From Octopus vulgaris (lineage: Eukaryota): a stretch of DNA of 64,000 nt. The notes below the pieces were generated by a model. The model was not told where the DNA came from, ran no database searches, and was given only the letters and a program-made list of their open reading frames with translations. How positions within the stretch are numbered: position 1 is the stretch's first letter; each line of letters begins with the position of its first letter. Location: assembly GCA_951406725.2 (NCBI GenBank), contig OX597837.1, positions 36,704,001 to 36,768,000 on the forward strand. Direction: 5' to 3'. A program made the translations under genes and the position numbers. Shown here in pieces: positions 28,951 through 40,591 of the stretch.

Positions 28951-31548
28951 GCAAGTAGTATTATTATTTTTTTTTGTCTCTTTAGTAACTTTAAATTAAC
29001 CCTTTAGTGTTCACATTATTCTGCCAAAATTAATGCTTCTTCATCCACATTGTTTTGAACTAATCATGCATTATCTTGTAGCTATGAGATTTTGATGAGG
29101 TAGCTGTTAATTTTTAAAACGATATTGTAGGGTTGGTGTGAGAGACCAGATCTGGCCAGTTTGAGCATAAAACAGGCAGAATACTTTTGGCCGGATATGG
29201 CTGGTTGAAATGCTAAAGGGTTAAACCCTTTTGTTACAATACTTCTTTTAAAATACAAAGGTTTTAATTTCGATTACATTAACCCTTTTGATACCATATT
29301 TCTGCTGAAATGGACTGCTTTTCTTTCAACAAATTTTGAAACAATATCATCATCTTCATCGTTTAGCATCCGCTTTCCATGCTAGCATGGGTTGGACGGT
29401 TCAACTGGGGATCTGGGAAGCCAGAAGGCTGCACCAGGCCCAGTCTGATCTGGCAATGTTTCTACGGCTGGATGCCCTTCCTAACGCCAACCACTCCGTG
29501 AGTGTAGTGGGTGCTTTTTACATGCCACCGGCACAGGTGCCAGACGAGGCTGGCAAACGGCCAGCCGGGATGGATGGTGCTTTTTACGTGCCACCATAAT
29601 TTTAATATTTCTATTATATGTAACTTTCCAGATGGTGCAACTTAATTGTTCATTTTGAATTGATAAAAGGTGTTTTTTTTTCTAATTTATATATATATAT
29701 ATATGCCCCAGCATGGCCACAGCTCATTAGCTGAAACTGGAAAAAAAAAAATCAAAATCAAATATACACACACACATACATATATGCGCATACACACACA
29801 TGCATATGTGTGTGTGTATATGATATATAATGGAAAGGGGGAAAAAAACAAAAATAATCTGTATAACCAAGGGTAGTAAAATAACTTTCTCATTATAAAG
29901 CTGGTGTTTGGAACATAAATTAGCATATTTTGATGGAAGGTTTTAATTTAGATCACTTTAACCCTTTTGTTACCATATCCCTGTTGAAATAAACTTGGCT
30001 TCAATTAATTTTGAAAACAAAGAATTTAGTCAACTAGCTTTGTCGTTATTAAAAGGCAGCGAGCTGGCAGAACCGTTAGCATGCCGGGCGAAATGCTTAG
30101 CGGTATTTTGTCTGCCGCTACATTCTGAGTTCAAGTTCCGCCGGGGTAGACTTTGCCTTTCATCCTTTCGGGGTTGATAAATTAAGTACCAGTTACGCAC
30201 TGGGATCGATGTAATCGACTTATTACCTATGTCTGTCCTTGTTTGTCCCCTCTATGTTTAGCCCCTTGTGGGTAGTAAAGAAATCGGTATTTCATCTGCC
30301 ACTACATTCTGAGTTCAAGTTCTGCTGAAGTAAACTTTGCCTTTTTTCCTTTCGGGGTCGATTAAATAAGTACCAGTTACGCACTGGGGTCAATATAATC
30401 GACTTAATCCGTTTGTCCCCTCTGTGTTTAGCCCCTTGTGGGCAGTAAAGAAATAGGTATTTTGTCTGCTGTTACGTTCTGAGTTCAAATTCCGCCGAGG
30501 TCGACTTTGCCTTTCATCCTTTCGGGATTGATAAGTTAAGTACCAGTTGCATACTGGGGTTGATGTAATTTACTTACCCATCCCCCAAGTATTTCAGGCC
30601 TTGTGCCTATAGCAGAAAGGATTATTAATCTGTGGTTTAGAACATAAATTACCATGAAATTCTGGTGAAAGATTTTAATTTAGATCTTAACCCTTTCATT
30701 ACCAACCTGGCTGAAACTGGCTCTGGTTCTGAGTCCAAATGTCTTGTTTTCTTAAGTTTTGAATTAAAATCTTCCACCAAACCTTAATCACAATTTATGT
30801 TCCTAACACTAGCTGAATGATAACCAAGTTATTTTACTAAATTATTTGTTAAATTTAAAGTAATTGAAAGAAACACAGAGCATCTCAACAGAAATACAGT
30901 AACGAAAGGGTTAAAACAAGATTATTTCACAGAACTAGGGGTGAACTTTGGTTGGTACTGAAAGGCTTAAGAGAACAGTGAAATTGTTCTTTCTTCTCAC
31001 ACGCATAAATACATATATCCACATATATAAAATCACACATTCATATTCTGCCTACTCACACAAGACTGGAGATCCTATATATACGTCTTCCTCTGTGTGT
31101 TTCATCACCCATTAGTGTCTGCTTTTCCATGGGTTGGATGGTTTGACCAGAGCTGGCAGCTGGGGAGCTGCACCAGGTTCCAATTTGGTTTGGTTTGGTT
31201 TGGTTTCTGTGGCTGAATGCCCTTCCTAACACCAACCACTTTACAGAGTGCATGTGGTGATTTTTATGTGGCCCCAGTTTACACGTATATCATATGTGTA
31301 TGTATCTTTTATCTTTTACTTGTTTCGGTCATTAGACTACGGCCATGCTGGGACAACGCCTTCAAGAATTCTTAGTCGAATGTATCAACTCCAGAACTTA
31401 TTTTCTTTTTGAGCCTGATATTTATTGAATCAGTCTCTTTTGCTGCACTGCTAGGTTACAGGGACATAAACACACCAACATAGGTTGTCAAGTGGTGGGG
31501 AGGAACAAACGTAATCACAAAAATACGCACACAGATATATACACACAC

Positions 31549-31587
<39 letters not shown>

Positions 31588-32355
31588 CAATGGAAACCGC
31601 AGTTGTGAAACCTGTGCCGGTGGCACATAAAAAGCATCATCCGAATGTGGCCAATGCCAGTGCCGCCTTGACTGGCTTCCATGCCGGTGGCACATAAAAA
31701 GCACCAATCCGATTGTGGCCGTTGCCAGCCTTGCTACACTCTCGGAGTGGTTGGCGTTAGGAAGGGCATCCAGCTGTAGAAACTCTACCAGATCAAGATT
31801 GGAGCCTGGTGCAGCCTTCTGGCTTCCCAGATCCCCGGTCGAACCGTCCTACCCATGCTAGCATGGAGAACGGACGTTTAACAATGATGATAATGAGGAT
31901 ATATATATACGATGGGCTTCTTTCAGTTTCCATCTACCAAATCCATTCACAAGACCTTGGTCAGCCCAAGGCTATAAAAGAAGACACTTGGCCAAGGTGC
32001 CATGCAGTGGGATTGAGCACAGGACTGTGCAGTTGTTAAGCAAGCCACTTACCACACAGCCACTCCTGCACCTGTGTGTTACGATAATAAAATATATTCT
32101 TCCTGATCATACAAAACATATCCCCTGTCTGGCTAACCAAGAGGGGGGAAAATGAAAAAAAAAGAAAAAGCCATTTTCCACTCCTTCTGCATAGAATTTC
32201 TAATTATTGATAAGAATCTTTGTGTCTGCTTTTAAAATGAACTGATCCAACAAAAGACAACACATTCCAAGCCATTGAAGCGTAACAAAAAGAGACATTA
32301 GATATAATCTCTGTCCAAATGTATCCATGAAGACAACAACGGTACTATATATATT

Positions 32356-32407
<52 letters not shown>

Positions 32408-33472
32408 CACACACGCACACACACTGGGTGTGGTGAATCTATTGACGTCTAAATTATGCAAAAATGAAATTAACACTGACATCTCATTTTAACAGATATA
32501 TTTACCAAAATTACATAAAAAATATCTTGGAATACTAAAGAGTAAATTTATTCAATAAAATTGCCATTGGTTTCAACCACGACCTCCAGACGACTTCAGA
32601 ATCTCTTGCAACTCTTCTGGATGGTGTCCTTGTTTAAGTTGGTGAATGCTGCCATAATCCAAGCCTTCAGTTCATCTTTGGTTTTACAAGGAGTTTTGTT
32701 GGTCTCTCGCTCAACTGCGTCCCACACATAATAATCAAGGGGCTTGCAGTCTGGGGAGTTAGGTGGCCAGGTGTTAGGGGTGATGTGGTTGCAGAAATTG
32801 TCTGACAACTATGACTGGGTTTGCCTGCTTGTGTGGCAAGGTGCAGAGTCCTGTTGCCAGACATAGGGTCTTCCAGAGGCCACCCTCTTCACCCAGGGCA
32901 GCACTACCTCCTCCAGGCACTTGATGTAGGTGTCTGTGTTGAGTGTGAGCCATGTAGGAAGATGAATGGAGGTATAACGTCGCTATCACTACTGATCACT
33001 CCAAACACCATCATGATGACTGGATGTTTGATTTTTATCACTCTTTATACATCTTTTGGGGACACAACCAGCCAATGGTTATTCTGTGTGTTCACCATCT
33101 GTTCATATTGGAGCTTCTGGTGCAAATGCCAAGCAGTACAGCAGGTTGTTTCCAAATTTCTGGCAGAGTGAATTTCATTATGGTACTGTTTTTCTAATAG
33201 ACAGTGCCCAACCGACCCTACAATACTGTGTAGTCAACAAAATCAAAAACAAACACGGTACATGCACAAAATTAAAAAATATAAAATGACAACAAATTAC
33301 CCATCACACCCTGTATGTATATATATATATATTTGGCATTAGGAAGGGCATCCAGCTGTAGAAACTCTGCCAGATCAAGATTGGAGCCTGGTGCAGCCAT
33401 CTGGCTCACCAGCCCTCAGTCAAAATCGTCCAACCCATGCTAGCATGGAAAGCGGATGTTAAATGATGATGA

Positions 33473-33534
<62 letters not shown>

Positions 33535-34454
33535 TCCTTATGCAGAGTTTGACCACCTCCTGTACCTACACCTTAGAACCATCATGGTATCTGATGTGGC
33601 TTTTTAAACCAGACAATGTTTTCAAAAGACACCCACATAGACAGCTTAGCCAATTTGAGCCACCAAACCTGCAGTTAAGTTCTGATCTTTGTAGATCTTA
33701 AAATGTGTTTTGAGGCCTCAGTTAGACTTGCAGACCTTCTAGCATACACGGTACTGAAAGGTGTGCACAGACATACAGGCACTATAGTTTGTGGGGGTTC
33801 ATTTTCCATGGGTTCGCAAATGAGATTTGATCCTACACGCACACACGCACTTTGTGTTTACACATTTACGAAGACACTGAATATCTTCCGCCTATTTAAA
33901 CAAAGCTATGTTGACCTTATATATCATGTTTATCTATATTATGTAAAGACACTGTGTTTACATATATTTATAACAATACCATATATATACACACACACTT
34001 CCTCTTAACACAAAGCAATAGAGACATACATATATAATAAACAAAAGCAATTTACACGAACGTATATAAACAGGAGATACAAATATTACAGGCGTCCCCC
34101 CCACACACACACTAACTAAACATAGACGCACATAGAGATATAAGCATGTGCAAATGAAGACACATACAATAGAAATACAAAATAGCTGACGGTTAGTAAG
34201 GAGAGACACACAAATAAGAAAGAAGAAAGCAAAGGACCACTGATGAGGTCACAGGAGTGTGACGAAAGAACTCTGGCCGAAATAAGATTAAGATTAATGT
34301 AAAAAATAAATAACACTGAAGCAAAGTAACAGCAAATATATAGTGCGTGTGTTTTTATTGGCTAAACTGGCAAAATGATCATTCCGAAATACAACAATAT
34401 CTGTTTCAACATACATTTCACATCAAAAATCTTGCAAAACAAGTATATAAACGT

Positions 34455-34487
<33 letters not shown>

Positions 34488-34803
34488 GAGATAGGGGTTG
34501 TAAATGCAACCCTCCATGGGATAACATATATCCAATATACTTCTACTGCTAGTGAAGTACCCAACAAAGTTAATACATAAATGTTAAGGATTGCGATGTA
34601 ATCAATCCATTTACTGTATTATATGGGCAAAGGTAAAATGATTTACCACAAATTACTAATACAAGATAAGAAAATGGAGAAATACATCTAAATTACCAGA
34701 TAATACTCAATCACATACTTTATTAAACCACCAAAGTATGTGATTGAGTATTATCTGGTAATTGATATTTGATTTAGATGTATTTCTCAATTTTCTTATC
34801 TTG

Positions 34804-34838
<35 letters not shown>

Positions 34839-36163
34839 GTAAATTAATATGTTACCATTATTCAATAGTCAAGATAAAACTGAGTTTCAGATGCCGAAGA
34901 GATGGTGTTGTGGATTTCCACTTCGGCATCTGAAACTCAGAGTTTTATCTTGACTATTGAATAATGGTAACATATTAATTTACAAATAAATTTCCTCTAT
35001 TTACATAATATTGAGGTCTCTTTCTTTCTTTTGTTATCTTACCGTTTTTACCAATATATATATATATATATATATATATTATGTGAAATAGAAAGATGAA
35101 TAATCTTGTAGTAGATTAATCAAAAGTTTAACCGATACCTTAGTAGCAAAAATCACAGCAGTAAAACAGCACGGTTGGAGGTACAACCATATGGTGTTGC
35201 AACCGTGCGTTGGTGCGGATAATTGAAATTAGAACATTATTGGTGAATTGAAGAAATGGAGCTGAACGCAGATTGAACAGAAATCGTTTTATTTCATTCT
35301 ACACGTGTTTCGAAAGGCACAAATTACCAAAATCCGATGGAATAATGGGACCATATTGTGTCTTTCTCTTCAGGAAGAAAATAGGAAATCCGTTGGAAAA
35401 ACAAAAACAGAACAGAGGCGGAGCAAAAACAAATCGAACTATGCTCCTAAGAGCCCATGGCGAAACTGTTTATCAGTGTATGTTGAGAACCGGTGGCTGA
35501 AGAATTCAACGGGTCAGGCATCGGTCAATCATGTGGGTGAGGGGCGTAGATGTTCTTTGTGACCGAGAATAAAGTTCTGACTATTTAAGGAATATTGGAT
35601 GTTTTATAAGGGGCGAGAAAAAATCTACTTAGAGACGTGTGTGTGTGTATACTGTTCTATATACGTGTGTGTTGGCGATCAAACGCACACACGTACACAA
35701 AAAATGTTTTCTACCCCTACGCCAACACACACGTATATAGAACAGTATACACACACACACGTCTCTAAGTAGATTTTTTCTCGCCCCTTATAAAACATCC
35801 AATATTCCTTAAATAGTCAGAACTTTATTCTCGGTCACAAAGAACATCTACGCCCCCTCACCCACATGATTGACCGATGCCTGACCCGTTGAATTCTTCA
35901 GCCACCGGTTCTCAACATACACTGATAAACAGTTTCGCCATGGGCTCTTAGGAGCATAGTTCGATTTGTTTTTGCTCCGCCTCTGTTCTGTTTTTGTTTT
36001 TCCAACGGATTTCCTATTTTCTTCCTGAAGAGAAAGACACAATATGGTCCCATTATTCCATCGGATTTTGGTAATTTGTGCCTTTCGAAACACGTGTAGA
36101 ATGAAATAAAACGATTTCTGTTCAATCTGCGTTCAGCTCCATTTCTTCAATTCACTAATAATG

Positions 36164-36207
<44 letters not shown>

Positions 36208-39200
36208 ATATATATATATGTGTGTGTGTATATATATATATGTGTGTGTGTATATATATATGTGTGTGTGTATATATATATGTGTGTGTGTGTATATATA
36301 TATATGTGTGTGTGTGTATATATATGTGTGTGTATATATATATATATATGCATATATATACATGTACAAACATTGCAGAAATCTTGCGCTTGTTCAGATC
36401 TTCAGGAACAATTCTGTGTACAGTTGCCTCCCTAACTCCAAACTGTCTGCTTATTGTCTTCATAGGCACACAACAGTCTTCATAAAGAATATGGCAAATT
36501 ACCTCATCATCATCGTCGTTTAACGTCTGCTTTCCATGCTAGCATGGGTTGGATGGCTTGACCGGGGTCTGGGAAGCCGGGAGGCTGCACCAAGCTCCAG
36601 TCTGATATGGCAGTGTTTCTACAGCTGGATGCCCTTCCTAACGCCAACCACTCTGTGCGTGTAGTGGGTGCTCTTTACGTGCCAGGCGAGGCTGGCAACG
36701 GCCACAATCGGTTAGTGCTTTTTACATGTCACCGGCACAGAGGCCAGTCGAGGTGGCACTAGCAACGACCACGTTCGGAGGGCTATTTCTATGTGCCACC
36801 GGCACTGGTATCACAACTACAATTTCCATTGATTTTTTTTTGATCGATTTCGATTTCGATCAACCGTTTTTGAGATTCTGACATCACTCTTCTTGCCACA
36901 CTTTTCATCGTCTCTTACGACCCCTCTACCGTCCTTGAATCCCTTGTGCCAATGAAAAAGTTAATCCACGACCAGTCTGGAGCCTTTCATCATTTCCTGT
37001 AACATTTTTGCTCAGTTTAACACAAAGACTCTATTGCACAGTGAACTTCCAAACTGCTTTCATATCCTGGCTGCATTCTGCAAACTAGTCAGCTGTGACA
37101 AGCCGTGCTTAATAGAGCGTGTTCAAAATAGTTACAACCTTCAATCCGGAATAACAAAAGTTAGCAGGTCAGCATATTTAGATGTCTAGTAATGGTATAC
37201 CAAAATTACAAGAATCTAGAACAGTTAGAACTGTCTCTACAAAAGTACCCTGCAAACCTCTGGAAGATACTTCATATATTCTTTTACATTTACACCTATC
37301 TATGATGGCACTGTATATATTTTCTGCCTATGTATATCTCGGAAGGCAGCTACCTCTCTCTGAATCTCACCAACATTGCTATAACTTAATTTTTATTATT
37401 ATAACCCCTGTATCATTCACCCACCTCTCTGATCTCAGGTATTCTTAACTGTATATATTTTCTTATTTCTTTATTGCCCACAAGGGGCTAAATACAGAGG
37501 GGACAAATAAGTCGATTACATCAACCCCAGTGCATAACTGGTATTTAATTTATCGACCCCGAAAGGGTGAAAGGCAAAGTCGACCTCGGCAGAATTTGAA
37601 CTCAAAACGTAACGGCAGATGAAATACCTATTCCTTTACTACCCACAAGGAGCTAAACACAGAGAGGACAAACAAGGACAGACAAAGGGATTAAGTTGAT
37701 TACATCGACCCCAGTGCGTAACTGGTATTTAATTTATCGACCCCGAAAGGATGAAAGGCAAAGTCGACCTCTGCAGAATTTGAACTCAGAACGTAACAGT
37801 AGACGAAATGAAATACCGATAAGCATTTCGCCCAGCGCGCTAACGTTTCTGCCAGCTCGCTGCCTTTTATATATTTTCTGCCTATGTATATCTCGGAAGG
37901 CAGCCACCTCTCTCTTAATCTCACCAACATTATTATAACATATTTTTATTATTACGGAGATGTACTTGCATAGCAAGTGATTTGATCTGAGATCGTGTGC
38001 TGGAACGAAAACAATTGCAGCGTGGAAAGTGTTTGTAAGCCATTTAAGAAACGCACAAAAGCCGTTCAATTCACTTCAGCATTTAAGTTTAATTTGTCAA
38101 AATATTTTCGTCCCTATAAGACCGCGACCTGTTCACTGACGTCTGCGAACAGGTCGCGGATTTTAGCAACGAAAATATTTTGACAAATTAAACCTAAATG
38201 TTGAAGTGAATCGAACGGCTTTTGTGTGTTTCGTTAAGTTTAATTTGTCAAAATATTTTAGTCGCTAAAATCCGCGACCTATTCACTGACGTCAGTGAAC
38301 AGGTCGCGGTCTTATAGCGACGAAAATATTTTCACAAATTAAACTTAAATGTTGAAGTGAATCGAACGGCTTTTGTGTGTTTCTTAAATGGCTTACAAAC
38401 ACCTTCCACGCTGCAATTATTTTTCTTATTATAACCCCTGTACCATTCACCCACCTCTCTGATCTCAGCTATTCTGATTACCCTCTCTTTTCTTACCTTT
38501 TAGATTCAGCCAGAACTGGAGACATGGTCAAATATAAATAATATAAAACTCGAGGTTTATCATATCAAATGGGTGAGTATTGTTGTTGGTTTGTTTTACT
38601 TTTCGTTTTTTAATTTCTTTTTTTTTCTTTGTGTTTACTACTGCCCTCCCTCAGTCCTTGTTTGGTTGTTCACCATTCTGTTCACTACCATCAGTTTGTG
38701 GTGAGTGTTGCATTCACTGCAAGACATGTGGTGAATTAGCAGTCATTGGTGCTGAAGACAAAATATGTTGCAGTATTTTCGTTCCAGATCTGTGCTGTTT
38801 GGGTTCAAATCCAGCCCAACTTAACTGTGGCCCCTTTTGTCCTTTTCGGATTGGTTAAAATAAGGGACCAACCATGGCTGTGTGGTTAAGAAGCTTTCTT
38901 TGCAACTGTGTGGTCTTGTGTTCAGTCCCACTGCATGGCACCATGAATAAATGCTTTCTACTATAACCAACAGCCAACCAATGCCTTGTGAGCAGATTTT
39001 GAAGATGGAAACTGAAAGAAGCCCTATATATATATATATATATATATATATCATATATATATATAGGTGCAGGAGTGGCTGTGTTGTACGTAGCTTGCTT
39101 ACCAACCACATGGTTCTGAGTTCTGTCCCACAGCGTGGCACCTTGGGCAAGTATCTTCTACTATAGCCTCGGGCCGACCAAAGCCTTGTGAGTGGATTTG

Positions 39201-39614
39201 GTAGACGGAAACTGAAAGAAGCCCATCGTATATATGTATATATATATGTATGTGTGTGTTTGTCCCCCTAGCATTGCTTGACAACCGATGCCGGCATGTT
39301 TACTTCCCCGTAACTTAGTGGTTCGGCAAAAAAGTCCTATAGAATAAGTACTCGGCTTACAAAGAATAAGTCCTGGGGTCGATTTGCTCGACTAAAAGCA
39401 GTGCTCCAGCATGGCCGCAGTCAACTGACTGAAACAAGTAAAAGAGTAAATAGTATATATATCATCATCATCGTTTAACATCCGCTTTCCATGCTAGCAC
39501 GGGTTGGACGGTTCGACCGGGGTCTGGGAAGCCAGGAGGCTGCACCAGGCTCCAGTCTGATCTGGCAGAGTTTCTACAGCTGGATGCCCTTCCTAACGCC
39601 AACCACTCCATGAG

Positions 39615-39652
<38 letters not shown>

Positions 39653-40075
39653 AATATGGAACGAGATTGGGTGCTCAACATCGCATTGGTGGCTATAATT
39701 TCTTTCTTTGTGTGTTAAGGCTACCATTGGCTTCATGTTAAAAACATCTTAATATGTTAATAATTTGCAAGCCGATCACATGGAGGAATGATGTTTGTTT
39801 CCATTTTGGAGTGTTTTCATCCAAAATGGTAACGAACACCATTCCTCCATGTGATCGACTTGAAAAATTTAAATATTAAGATATTTTTCTTAACCTGAAA
39901 CCAATGGTAGCTTGAACACACAAATATGACTTTGTAGTAAGAAACTTGCTTCCCAAACATGGTTCCGGGTTCAGTCCCACTGCACAGCACCTTGGGCAAG
40001 TGTCTTCTACTATAACCCTGGGTCGACCAAAGCCTTATAAGTGGATTTGGTAGATGGAAACTGAAAGAAGCATGT

Positions 40076-40106
<31 letters not shown>

Positions 40107-40540
40107 GTATTTGTGTCGGTGTTTGCCCACCACCAGCCCCATCATCACTTGTTGGGCGTTTATGTCCTCATAGCCTAGCAGTTTGGCAAAAGAGACCTAT
40201 AGAATAAGTACTTGGTTTAGGAAGAATATCCTGGGGTCAATTTCTTCAACTAAGAAAACCCTTTAAGGCTGTGCACCAGCATGGCCACAGTCAAATGACT
40301 GAAACAGGTGAAATAAAAGAATTTATATATATATATATATGTGTGTGTGTGTATATATTGGGTTGGCGATTTTTTTCCCTCCATCTTCCCTTCTTTGGAT
40401 CTTTCCTTTTCCTATGTTTCTGACGAAGAGCTCTGCTCGAAACATTAAACACTCCTTCGATCCTTCTTTCCTGAGCATCCAATAATACTATACTTGTTCC
40501 ACGTCCTCGTGTTGTTGTGTTTGTATTTTCATGTTTGGAT

Positions 40541-40591
<51 letters not shown>

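Larger units (their letters stand above)
35233..36165. mobile_element. Near-perfect inverted repeat (arms 35233-35677 / 35720-36165, 42-bp spacer); probable Penelope-like element inverted pLTRs
   Basis: identical ORFs on opposite strands (35273+/36125-); only one substitution and one indel noticed between arms; one hammerhead per arm; adjacent to (TA)n. Confidence 0.8.

Noticed and set aside
32596-32989. Functional transposase
   Set aside because: In-frame stop, frameshifts and deleted N-terminal half.
35273-36125. Duplicated 75-85 aa ORFs on opposite strands
   Set aside because: By-product of the palindrome; no recognisable protein motifs.
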